NCBI GenBank assembly: GCA_963798915.1
Contig: CAWCVB010000002.1
Location: forward strand, 64,001 to 128,000
DNA: 64,000 nt
Origin: an uncultured Gemmatimonadales bacterium
Lineage (GTDB): Bacteria > Gemmatimonadota > Gemmatimonadetes > Gemmatimonadales > GWC2-71-9
Reading direction: 5' to 3'
Below the pieces are notes generated by a model. That model was not told the origin of the DNA. It searched no databases and saw nothing but the letters and a program-made list of their open reading frames with translations. Below are positions 1-8,805 of the stretch, one piece after another; position 1 is the stretch's first letter; each line of letters begins with the position of its first letter. Both the position numbers and the translations under genes were made by a program.

Positions 1-1
1 C

Positions 2-76
2 TACCGGCTGAAGCAGGCGGCGGAGCAGGGGTCCGAGCGGCCGTTGTTTACCCGAACGAGTCCGGCCCGTGGCTGA
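2..76 (+). CDS. 3' end of a gene entering from the left edge (unidentified)
   Basis: Open frame YRLKQAAEQGSERPLFTRTSPARG* ending TGA at 74-76, overlapping the next GTG start. Confidence 0.4.
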   Translation, partial: YRLKQAAEQGSERPLFTRTSPARG

Positions 77-302
77 CTTGCGCCTCCGGAATGCCGGGAT
101 GTTCGAGGCCCTGGCAGCCGTGGCGCTGGTCCTGGGACTGGTCTACACCGGCACCGGCATCACTGGCTTGCTCAGGAATGCGCCGCTGGCGCCGGTCCTC
201 ACCGGCTTCGGTGTGGCCGTGAGCGGGCTCGCGATCTGGCTTCGGCGCTGGGTTCACAGGTCGGGCAGGACCGGCGGGACGGGCGGGACGGGCAGGTTCT
301 GA
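69..302 (+). CDS. small two-TM membrane hypothetical protein
   Basis: Two hydrophobic segments; C-terminus (GRTGGTGGTG) is encoded by a 9-bp repeat. Confidence 0.5.
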   Translation: MADLRLRNAGMFEALAAVALVLGLVYTGTGITGLLRNAPLAPVLTGFGVAVSGLAIWLRRWVHRSGRTGGTGGTGRF

Positions 303-770
303 CGAACCGTCATCATGCCCGAGCTGCTCATGGACCCCGGTTTGCACCGGGGTGAACAGCCGGCGTGCTTCGTCCAACATCTCTGTCCTGCCCCTCCTGC
401 CCGCCATGCCCATCCTGTCCCGTGTGTGGCCTCGCCGGGGGTGTGCGTCTCCTGAACCGGGGACACGCGCCCACGTCGGCACCGTCAGTCTCGATGAGTC
501 CGCGGGCATTTGGAGCAGGACTTGTCGCAGGGTTGCCGGCGTGGGACCCCATTTCTGGACGCGGGACGCGCGGCTGAAAGCCGCTATTTGGCACGTGTCG
601 CCCTGGGGGCGACATTGCTCACCATCGGCTCCCCAATCAAATTCCATATTCAAAGTTGGCGCCGTCCTGACGCGCAGTCGCCGCAGGCGCCAAATGCCGA
701 GCAGCGGCGCTTAGCCGCGTCGTCTCGCATCCCAAATCCATCAGCCCGAGTCCCGCATCCCGAGTCCACC

Positions 771-1193
771 ATGGGTCGGAGCATCCTCGCAGTCTTCCTT
801 GGCTGGGCCGCATCGCTGTTCGTAATTGTTGTCGTCGAAACGGCTGGCCACGCGCTCTACCCAATGCCCGCTGGCGCCGACATCTGGCGCCAGCCCGAGC
901 TGGCCGTTGGGCTGGCCATTCCGGCCGGCGCGATGATGCTGGTCATCCTGGGCTGGGCGCTTGGGGCGCTGGCGGGCGGCTTCCTCGCCGGTCGCCTGGT
1001 CCAGGCCAGGCAAGAGGCGCACGCGCTCGCGGTGGCCCTGCTGATCCTTGGCTCGGCCGTCTGGACCATGCTCACCCTGCCGCATCCGGCCTGGGTCTGG
1101 GTGGCCAGCGTCGTTCTGGTGCCCGGTGCCGGCTGGTTGGGCGGCAGGCTCGCGATCCGGCGGGGCGAGGCGTATCATCGAGCAGCCGGCTGA
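771..1193 (+). CDS. four-TM membrane hypothetical protein
   Basis: ATG at 771 (MGRSILAVFLGW); four hydrophobic helices. Confidence 0.75.
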   Translation: MGRSILAVFLGWAASLFVIVVVETAGHALYPMPAGADIWRQPELAVGLAIPAGAMMLVILGWALGALAGGFLAGRLVQARQEAHALAVALLILGSAVWTMLTLPHPAWVWVASVVLVPGAGWLGGRLAIRRGEAYHRAAG

Positions 1194-1231
1194 GCCGCCA
1201 GAACCGGCCGGATCGCCCACAGGAGGTACCA

Positions 1232-1450
1232 ATGCCCATTCATGAAGCCGCCCTGCACCGCTCGCGCCGCCACCGGATGGTCGCGGGAGTGATCGGCGGT
1301 ATCGCAGAATATTTCGACAAGGACCCCACGCTGCTTCGCGTCCTCTACGTCCTGCTATCGGTGGTATCAGCCGCGTTCCCTGGGCTGTTCATCTATATCC
1401 TGCTCTGGATCATCATCCCGGAGCGTGATGAGGCCGGGTTCGATGCGTAG
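1232..1450 (+). CDS. pspC: PspC domain protein
   Basis: LHRSRRHRMVAGVIGGIAEYF...YILLWIIIP PspC signature; AGGAGG RBS. Confidence 0.9.
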   Translation: MPIHEAALHRSRRHRMVAGVIGGIAEYFDKDPTLLRVLYVLLSVVSAAFPGLFIYILLWIIIPERDEAGFDA

Positions 1451-1838
1451 CATGCTGCTTGCCCTGCTGGTCGCCGGATGCAGCTCGGTCGGGTTGCATG
1501 AATCGGTGAGCGGCGGACTGCTCGAGGGCACGGTGCGTTCGTCCCAGGGTGAGCCGGTGGTGGGAGCCATGATCACGGCTGTCGCGCGGCAGTCGCCGTT
1601 CGGGCCATCAGTGGCCGAGGATTCGGCGTGGACGGACGCAGCGGGACAGTTCCGGATTCCGCTGGCGTCAAGCGAGGTGGTGGATGCGGATGCGCTCGTC
1701 ACCATCAAGGTGCGGCCGCCAGCGAATTCGCCGCTGGTCGGAGCCGACACCTCGGCCGTGGCCGTCCGATTCAGTCCGGCCTCTCCATCGACCGACACGA
1801 CGCGGGTGAGCTTCCGGCTGTCCTACCTGCCCGACTGA
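1443..1838 (+). CDS. lipoprotein with carboxypeptidase-regulatory-like domain
   Basis: Lipobox VAGC; GTVRSSQGEPVVGA...TDAAGQF motif. Confidence 0.7.
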   Translation: MRSMLLALLVAGCSSVGLHESVSGGLLEGTVRSSQGEPVVGAMITAVARQSPFGPSVAEDSAWTDAAGQFRIPLASSEVVDADALVTIKVRPPANSPLVGADTSAVAVRFSPASPSTDTTRVSFRLSYLPD

Positions 1839-1845
1839 GCCGGCC

Positions 1846-2451
1846 ATGCCCGACTTCACCCATCTCTTCTTTGACATCGGCGGAGTCCTCGGCACCAACG
1901 GGTGGGACGCGGACGCCCGTGCCGCCGCCCGCGATCATTTCGGCATCGAGTCCGAAGCGGAGGACCGGCACGAAGAAGTCCTGGGCGACTGGGAAATCGG
2001 CCTGCTCGATTTCGAGGAGTACCTCGACGTCACGGTCTTCTACCGCTCCAGACCGTTTTCGCGCCAGGAGTTCACCGCGTACATGCTGGCCCAGAGCACT
2101 CCCGACCAGGCCGCCATCAGCCTGGTGCGGCGGCTCCGCGAAGGGCGCCGCCACATCCTGATGACGATGAACAACGAGTCCGAACTGCTCAACGTGCACC
2201 GCATCCGGACGTTCGAGCTGCGCGGGTGCTTCGATGCCTTCCTGAGCAGCTGCTGGCTGGGCGTTCGCAAGCCGGCGCGGCGGTTCTTCCTGCGTGGGCT
2301 CGCGCTGGCGCAGGCGGACCCGGCCCGGTCCCTCTTCGTGGATGATCGTCGCCAGAACCTGAGCCCTGCCGCGGCGCTGGGCATGCAGACGGTGCACTTC
2401 AGGGGAGCAGGCGAGCTGGAGGGCAAGCTGGGGGAATTGGGATTGCTCTAG
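1846..2451 (+). CDS. HAD-family phosphatase
   Basis: FFDIGGVL motif I, KP, and FVDDR motif IV. Confidence 0.9.
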   Translation: MPDFTHLFFDIGGVLGTNGWDADARAAARDHFGIESEAEDRHEEVLGDWEIGLLDFEEYLDVTVFYRSRPFSRQEFTAYMLAQSTPDQAAISLVRRLREGRRHILMTMNNESELLNVHRIRTFELRGCFDAFLSSCWLGVRKPARRFFLRGLALAQADPARSLFVDDRRQNLSPAAALGMQTVHFRGAGELEGKLGELGLL

Positions 2452-2452
2452 A

Positions 2453-2592
2453 GGGTCGACGGTCGACGGTCGACGGTCGCGATGCAGATAGTCCGACGCG
2501 TCATTGCGAGGGCACGCAGCGCCCGAATGACGCGTTGACTGTTGACCGTTGACTGTCGACTGTTCGACCGTTGACTGTCGACCGTTGACTGA
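2453..2592. repeat. heptamer STR - palindrome - heptamer STR element
   Basis: GGTCGAC tandem units, ACGCGTCATT...AATGACGCGT core (2496-2535), then GTTGAC(T/C) units. Confidence 0.85.
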
Positions 2593-2610
2593 CGAAGGAA
2601 GGAGCTGTCC

Positions 2611-2994
2611 GTGCCACACCAGCATTTCCTCGGCCTCCGCACCGCCAAGTACTCCGCGCGTGATCTGCGCGCGGCGCGTGAGTGGTACTGCAGGGTGCTC
2701 GAGATCGATCCCTACTTCGACGAGCCGTTCTATGTCGGCTTCAACGTCGGAGGATTCGAGCTGGGCATCACCCCGGATGAACATGCCGCGCACGATCGCC
2801 CTGAGGCGGGCATCGCCTACTGGGGTGTTGCCGATGCAGGCGCGGCGTATGCCAGACTGATCGAGCTCGGCGCCACCGACCACGAACCGGTGCAGGATGT
2901 CGGAGGCGACATCCGGATCGGTGCCGTGCGCGATCCGTTCGGCAACCTGCTCGGCGTGATTGAGAACCCCTCCTTCCATATCGAGGCGACGTGA
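2611..2994 (+). CDS. VOC/glyoxalase family protein
   Basis: DLRAAREWY, YWGVADA, DPFGNLLG motifs; GAAGGAG RBS. Confidence 0.9.
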   Translation: MPHQHFLGLRTAKYSARDLRAAREWYCRVLEIDPYFDEPFYVGFNVGGFELGITPDEHAAHDRPEAGIAYWGVADAGAAYARLIELGATDHEPVQDVGGDIRIGAVRDPFGNLLGVIENPSFHIEAT

Positions 2995-3269
2995 CCGAAC
3001 GCGAGTACGTGGATGCGGGCGGCATACCCTGGACCCTGGTGGAACGGAAGCGAGTGAGGCACGAGGAAGCGGATCGCTACGTCGTGATCGTCGCCACCTC
3101 ACCGTTCGAGAGCCGGGTGATCCGCTGCGAACGGGACCGCTGGCACACCGCCGAACCGGACCTTGCGCAGCTGCTCGCGGACTCGCTGCCTGCCGGCGGG
3201 TCCCGCGGATCGCATGCCGAGCCTGATGAACCGCCTGACACTTCCCCTGAAGATTCCTTCCTGCCATGA
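2991..3269 (+). CDS. hypothetical protein
   Basis: GTGA and ATGA overlaps with both neighbours. Confidence 0.6.
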   Translation: MTEREYVDAGGIPWTLVERKRVRHEEADRYVVIVATSPFESRVIRCERDRWHTAEPDLAQLLADSLPAGGSRGSHAEPDEPPDTSPEDSFLP

Positions 3270-4378
3270 AAGCAATGTTCCGTACACTCGCGCTGGCTGG
3301 GTTGCTCGCAGGCGCTGGCACTCCGCTGGCTGCGCAGCGGCCGTTGTCGCTGGCGATTGCGGGCCGAGCGACTCGCGATTCCGCGCTCATTCACCAGGTG
3401 CGCGCCGAGCTGCAGGACTCCATGACGAAGGCGGGCGTGCCCGGCGTCGCGATCACGGTCATGCGCGACGATCAGGTGATCTGGAGCGAGGGGCTGGGCT
3501 GGGCCGATCTCGAGCAGCGAGTGCCGGTCACGCCGCTCACCCGATTCCGGGTCGGCAGCGTCTCCAAGCCACTGACCAGCGTGGCGGTCGGCCTGCTGGT
3601 GGATGCCGGCAAGCTGGACCTGGATGCACCGGTACAGCGCTACGTGCCGAGTTTCCCGCAAAAGCGGTGGCCCATCACGACCCGGCTGGTCAGCGGGCAC
3701 CTGGCGGGCATCCGGCACTACCGGGGCAATGAGTTCCTGATGAAGGATCACTTCGCCACGGTCACCGAGGGGCTGAAGATCTTCGAGGACGATTCGCTGC
3801 TGTTCGAACCGGGGACGAAGTTTTCCTATTCCAGCTATGGCTGGAACCTGGTGAGCGCGGTGGTGGAAGGGGCGAGCGGCGTCCCCTTCCTTCGCTTCAT
3901 GCAGGACAGCGTCTTCATCCCGCTCGGCATGATTCACACCGTGCCGGACCATGTGGACAGCATCGTCCCGTTTCGCGCGCGCTGGTACACCGGTTCAGCC
4001 GACAGCGGCGTCAGCAACGCGCCGTACGTGGACAACAGCTACAAGTGGGCCGGCGGCGGCTTCCTCTCGACCACCGAAGACCTGGCACGCTTCGGCGAAA
4101 GGCTGCTCGCCGGCGCGCGGCTCAGCGACTCGACCCGGCAGATGCTGTGGACGCCGCAGCGGATGAAGAATGGCAGCCGGTCGGAATATGGAATCGGTTG
4201 GTTCAGCTCACGGGACAAGCAGGGACGCGTGCGGGTCAGCCACTCGGGCGGTTCGGTTGGTGGCACCGCGTTTCTGGTGATCTATCCGGAACAACACCTG
4301 GTCGTGGCACTGCTCTGCAACAGCGATGTGCCGTTCGTCGGCATGACGCCGGGCATTGCGGAGCGGTTTGCAAGATGA
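3266..4378 (+). CDS. secreted serine hydrolase, beta-lactamase class C-like
   Basis: Signal peptide; SVSK (SxxK), YSSYG, HSG motifs. Confidence 0.9.
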   Translation: MKAMFRTLALAGLLAGAGTPLAAQRPLSLAIAGRATRDSALIHQVRAELQDSMTKAGVPGVAITVMRDDQVIWSEGLGWADLEQRVPVTPLTRFRVGSVSKPLTSVAVGLLVDAGKLDLDAPVQRYVPSFPQKRWPITTRLVSGHLAGIRHYRGNEFLMKDHFATVTEGLKIFEDDSLLFEPGTKFSYSSYGWNLVSAVVEGASGVPFLRFMQDSVFIPLGMIHTVPDHVDSIVPFRARWYTGSADSGVSNAPYVDNSYKWAGGGFLSTTEDLARFGERLLAGARLSDSTRQMLWTPQRMKNGSRSEYGIGWFSSRDKQGRVRVSHSGGSVGGTAFLVIYPEQHLVVALLCNSDVPFVGMTPGIAERFAR

Positions 4379-4422
4379 GGACGGGACCGGCGAGACCGGC
4401 GAGACCGGCAGGTTTCGATGGG

Positions 4423-4520
4423 TCGTCCTTCCAGCGCAAGCTGGAATCCATGAGGGTTCACCCGGAGTGAATGGCCATGCCCGAGTCCCTCGTGGACCCC
4501 GGTGTTCACCGGGGTGACGA
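4423..4520. repeat. 98-bp two-hairpin REPIN-like element (family A)
   Basis: TCGTCC-TTCCAGC/GCTGGAA-TCCA...TGGA-CCCCGGTG/CACCGGGG-TGACGA; homologous to 29599-29695 (reverse). Confidence 0.85.
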
Positions 4521-4600
4521 ACGGGCGAGACTTTCGCCTTTCAACCCTCGACTCTCGACTCTCGACTCTTGGCCCTCGACCCTCGACCCTCGACCCATCT

Positions 4601-5931
4601 ATGCATCGTCGCCCCTTTCTCATCGCATCCGCCGCCGCCGGCGCGAGTCTTGTCCTTCCGCGGTTGCCGAGGTTTCGCCCACGGCCAACACCGGCACAGC
4701 TCGCGGTACCAGCGCGCCGAGCGGGCGCTGTTCCTGCATTTCGGCATCAACACCTTCACGGATCGCGAATGGGGCGACGGGACTGAGAGCCCGTTGCTGT
4801 TCAATCCCACAGCGCTTGACGCCCGACAGCTGGACGCGCGTCGCAAAACGCGCCGGTTTCCGCTCGCTCATTCTCACCGCCAAACACCATGACGGGTTCT
4901 GCCTCTGGCCCAGTGCCGTCACGGCGCACACGGTAGCGTCCAGCCCCTGGCGTGGTGGCCAGGGTGATGTCGTGCGTGAGTTCACCGACGCGTGCCGCGG
5001 GGAAGGGCTGGGGGCGGGGCTCTATCTCTCGCCCTGGGACCGGCACGAGCCGTCGTACGGCGACTCGCCCCGCTACAACGATTTCTACATCGCACAGCTC
5101 ACCGAGTTGCTGACGCATTATGGGCCGATCACCGAGGTCTGGTTCGATGGCGCCAACGGAGAGGGGCCCAACGGCAAGCATCAGGTCTATGACTGGGAAC
5201 GCATCCATCGGACCGTGCGGCGGCTCCAGCCCAAGGCGGTGATCTTTTCGGATGCCGGTCCCGACGTGCGCTGGATCGGCAACGAGCGTGGGGTGGCAGG
5301 AGACCCCAACTGGTGCACGGTCAATCCGGACACGGTTCCGTATCCCGGCGTTTCCGGCCCGGACGTGGAAGCGATGCTCCAGCACGGCGATCCCGCCGGC
5401 AGCGTCTGGCGGCCGGGTGAGGCCGATGTTTCCATCCGGCCGGGCTGGTTCTGGCACGAGGCGGAGAATGGGAAGGTGAAGTCCGCCGATGAACTGGTGG
5501 AGCTCTACTTCCAGTCGGTGGGGCGGAACGCCAACCTCCTGCTCAATGTGCCGCCCACGCGTGAGGGGCTGCTGCACGAGACCGATGTCGCCGCACTGAC
5601 GCTCCTGAGCGAACGCCTGGACGCGCTGTTCGCGACCAATCTTGCGGCGAAGGCACGCATCGCACGCTCATCAAATGCACTGACGCTCACGCTGCCCGAG
5701 CCGGTGCGGTTCGATGTCGTGGACCTCCGCGAGGCGATCGAGCATGGCCAGCGAGTGGCTGGCTATCGGGTCGAGGCATGGAGTGATGGGCGATGGGTGA
5801 CGATCTCGCGTGGGACGACGATTGGGCGTCGCAAGCTTGACCGGTTTGAGCCCACGGTCGCGAATAGAGTGCGGCTCACGATTACAGATGAAGAGGGGGA
5901 GCCGGAGATGGAGCGGGTGGGGTTGTATTAG
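4601..5931 (+). pseudogene. alpha-L-fucosidase (GH29) with two +1 frameshifts (real or sequencing error)
   Basis: Tat-like MHRRPFL leader; ALFLHFGINTFTDREWG; TAKHHDGFCLWPS; WFDGA; frame jumps at about 4706 and 4830. Confidence 0.85.
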
Positions 5932-6059
5932 GGTCGACGGTCGACGAAGGCTCGCCCGTTCGTCAGCCCTGCGAAAGCAGGGGTCCAGCGCGTGATGCGG
6001 GCTCCGTACGATCCAGCTTTTCGGACATCGGGACCATTTCCATGATCCCGTAACTACTC

Positions 6060-6219
6060 AACGCAGAGTCGCAGAGGACGCGGAGGAATTCAGAGGGATC
6101 ATTTCACCGCCATGCTTCCCGATCCACAACCACCACCATCAGAAGTTGCTTGTGGTTCTGCGGGTTGGCTCCGTGTCTCTGTGCCCGCTGAGATCTCTGC
6201 GCCTCCGCGTCTCTGCGTT
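6060..6219. repeat. inverted 9-bp-unit repeat pair (family B)
   Basis: AACGCAGAGTCGCAGAGGACGCGGAG ... CTCTGCGCCTCCGCGTCTCTGCGTT. Confidence 0.8.
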
Positions 6220-6241
6220 GGCAGTCAGGGAACACCGCGCC

Positions 6242-6802
6242 TCATCCCGACACCCGATCGAACAGCTCGCGCAGTCCGATCACCAGTGGCTCACGCGCAG
6301 GATCAGGTTGCCAAGTGAGTTCATCCACTGCGATAGTCGGCATCTCCACCCCCGGGGTCCAGACCTCGACGATGCGGGCATCCAGGTCAACAACCCAATA
6401 GGCGGGCACGCCAGCACGCTGGTACCACCGGCGTTTGATCACCCGGTCATGCCGGGCCGTCGCGGGAGATATTACCTCGATCACCAGGATGGGAATGCCG
6501 AAATCGGCCCACTCGACAGGCTCCCGGCCATTGATCATGGCACCAACAAAGAGATCGGGTTGCAGAAGCTGGCCGGCGCCGAAATCAAGGTCCGCCGGCG
6601 AAATGGCCAAGGCGCCAACCCCATGGGCCCGGACCCAGGGGTCGAGCACCAGCGCCAGCGCGAGAACGGCGCGCTGGTGTGCGCCACGGGGACTCGGGCT
6701 CACCAGCAGCTCGCCATCCACCAGTTCGTAACGCTGGCCGTCGTCCGGCAGTGCGAGCACCGCGTCCCGTGTCCAACGTCTCGCAGTATTCGGCATGGCC
6801 AT
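6242..6802 (-). CDS. Uma2 family (DUF820) PD-(D/E)xK-like endonuclease
   Basis: RYELVDGELLVSPSP..H, QPDL, IEVISP, KRRWYQRAGVPAYWVVD. Confidence 0.9.
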   Translation of the reverse strand: MAMPNTARRWTRDAVLALPDDGQRYELVDGELLVSPSPRGAHQRAVLALALVLDPWVRAHGVGALAISPADLDFGAGQLLQPDLFVGAMINGREPVEWADFGIPILVIEVISPATARHDRVIKRRWYQRAGVPAYWVVDLDARIVEVWTPGVEMPTIAVDELTWQPDPAREPLVIGLRELFDRVSG

Positions 6803-7029
6803 ACGGTACGCTCGGCAGCGAGGGAATGGCAAGGGGACATCGCCCATGATGCGGCTCCGGCCGATCCGTGCGTGACCAGATCGCGGCGACGCGGCGCGAA
6901 ATGACGCGACTAGTGCGCGGCGACACTACCGTAGCATATCGCTATCCCCCCGCGCGAAGGCGCGGGGCTCATCTGGCAGAGCCAGGCGGGCGTCGTACCG
7001 CTCAATCCGCTCGACGCGGGGATCGGGGT

Positions 7030-7101
7030 TCATGAGGAATCGGTGCATGGCGACTCGTGCCGGGTGACCCCTCATGGATTCCTGCTTTCGCAGGAATGAC
7101 G
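7030..7101. repeat. family A element copy with degenerate left hairpin
   Basis: CATGAGG...ATGGCGAC...CCGG...CATGGATTCCTGCTTTCGCAGGAATGACG matches about 29626-29695. Confidence 0.75.
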
Positions 7102-7158
7102 CACCACCAAGCCCAGAGCGCCCGACATCTCGACCCGCGACCCGCGACCTCCAGCCGT

Positions 7159-7863
7159 CTACCCCGCGTACATCAACCGGCACCCTGCCTCCTGGGCCCG
7201 GGTCACCGCGAAGATGCCGGAGGGCATCAGGGTCACACCTGGCACCAGGTTGGCGCGAAGGTCGGTGTACACGTCCTTCGCTTCCAGCTTTGCCTTCCGG
7301 GCCAGCATCCCTGACATGAAGCGCAGCGCCATGTTGCAGGCCAGTACCGTCTGCCCCCGACGCATGAGGGTGTCCAACCCGCCGTCCGGCCAGATGAGCC
7401 CGTACTGGTCGTCCGCCTGGCTGTTGGCGTTGAGGAACGGGTTCCGCTCCGCCGGCTTGCCGCTGGCCGGATCCTTCTGCTCATAGGCCTTGCCCAGCCG
7501 GTACTTGGCCCACATGGCATCGTTGACCACCATGGGAATGGCCTTGTGCCGGAACACCAGGACGCCGTGCATGTCCGCATCAGTCGTGGCGTAGACTTCC
7601 TGAAATCCGGCAAGCCAGACCCGCGCCTGGTGCAGGGCATCACCCTCGCTGATTTCGGGCGCGTCGAACACCTGGCGGTGGTCGCCGGTGATCCGGTCTA
7701 CCCAGCTCATGTCCCAGTCGCCGGGCGGCAGTGGGCGGGCCGAGGGCGTCATGGCCCGCAGCTCGGCCGGCACCACGCTGCTGGCGGCGAGAATGGCGGC
7801 GGTGCCTGCTACTTTTCCCAGGAACGCGCGCCGGGGTGACGGCGCGTCGGATGAACTGGTCAT
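7159..7863 (-). CDS. Tat-exported DsrE-like hypothetical protein
   Basis: PRRAFL Tat motif; HRQVFD, LACNMAL, PSGIFAVTRAQEAG C-terminus. Confidence 0.7.
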   Translation of the reverse strand: MTSSSDAPSPRRAFLGKVAGTAAILAASSVVPAELRAMTPSARPLPPGDWDMSWVDRITGDHRQVFDAPEISEGDALHQARVWLAGFQEVYATTDADMHGVLVFRHKAIPMVVNDAMWAKYRLGKAYEQKDPASGKPAERNPFLNANSQADDQYGLIWPDGGLDTLMRRGQTVLACNMALRFMSGMLARKAKLEAKDVYTDLRANLVPGVTLMPSGIFAVTRAQEAGCRLMYAG

Positions 7864-7954
7864 GCATGACTCCGGATGGGCAGGGAGGCTGAAGTATGCC
7901 ACCATGAGCCCTGCCGTGTGAATCCCAGCCGGCCCTCAACCAAGGAAGCCCACG

Positions 7955-8716
7955 ATGAACCGTCTGTTGGCGCTGGCCGTCATCGCCATCATTGTTCCCG
8001 TCATGCCCGTCTCCGCCCAGCAGGTTCCCGACATTGGCTGGCCGCCGGCCGATACCTCCCGTCCGCGACCACCCGTCATCACGCCCGGACCGGCGGGCGC
8101 GCCGGTTCCGGCGCCGTCGGACGCCGTCGTGCTCTTTGAAGGAAAGGACCTCTCGCGGTGGCGCTCCGACAGCGGCAAGGCCGCCGGATGGACCGTGCGA
8201 GATGGGTACATGGAGGTGAAGCCGGGGGCTGGGACGATCCGGACGGCGCAGGGATTTGGCAGCATGCAGCTTCACATCGAGTGGGCCGCGCCCACGCCGC
8301 CAACCGGCGAAGGCCAGGAGCGCGGCAACAGCGGGGTCTACCTGATGGGACTGTACGAAGTGCAGGTCCTCGATTCGTACGACAACCCCACGTATGCCGA
8401 TGGCCAGGCCGCGTCGCTCTATGGCCAGTACCCGCCGCTGGTGAACGCCAGCCGGCAACCGGGCGAGTGGCAGACCTACGACATCATCTTTCACGCACCG
8501 AGCTTCACAAGCGACGGCTCACTCGAACGCCCCGCCGTCGTCACGGTCATCCATAACGGCGTGCTGGTGCAGGACCATGTCGTGCTCACCGGTCCCACCG
8601 CGCATCATGCCCGTCCGCCCTACAAGGCACACGCCGACAAGCTGCCATTGATGCTGCAGGATCATGGGAACAAGGTGCGGTACCGGAACGTGTGGGTGAG
8701 GGAGCTGGGGAGCTGA
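7955..8716 (+). CDS. DUF1080 (3-keto-disaccharide hydrolase) domain protein
   Basis: Signal peptide; LFEGKDL, GNSGVY, YEVQVLDS, LQDHG, YRNVW. Confidence 0.9.
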   Translation: MNRLLALAVIAIIVPVMPVSAQQVPDIGWPPADTSRPRPPVITPGPAGAPVPAPSDAVVLFEGKDLSRWRSDSGKAAGWTVRDGYMEVKPGAGTIRTAQGFGSMQLHIEWAAPTPPTGEGQERGNSGVYLMGLYEVQVLDSYDNPTYADGQAASLYGQYPPLVNASRQPGEWQTYDIIFHAPSFTSDGSLERPAVVTVIHNGVLVQDHVVLTGPTAHHARPPYKAHADKLPLMLQDHGNKVRYRNVWVRELGS

Positions 8717-8746
8717 GGGACAAGCGAAACCGAAGCTAGCCACTGG

Positions 8747-8801
8747 TGTCATTGTGCGAAGCCATCGAACTGGGCGACGAAGCAAACGGCTCGCAATGAC
8801 G
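8747..8801. repeat. TGTCATTG...CAATGAC palindromic element (family C)
   Basis: Terminal inverted GTCATTG/CAATGAC between convergent genes. Confidence 0.6.
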
Positions 8802-8805
8802 CGAA

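Noticed and set aside
3266..4378. Bona fide antibiotic-resistance beta-lactamase
   Set aside because: It has YxS and HSG rather than the AmpC YxN and KTG motifs, so it is a generic serine hydrolase.
6926..7183. 85-aa minus-strand ORF
   Set aside because: It is composed largely of family A palindrome and STR sequence.
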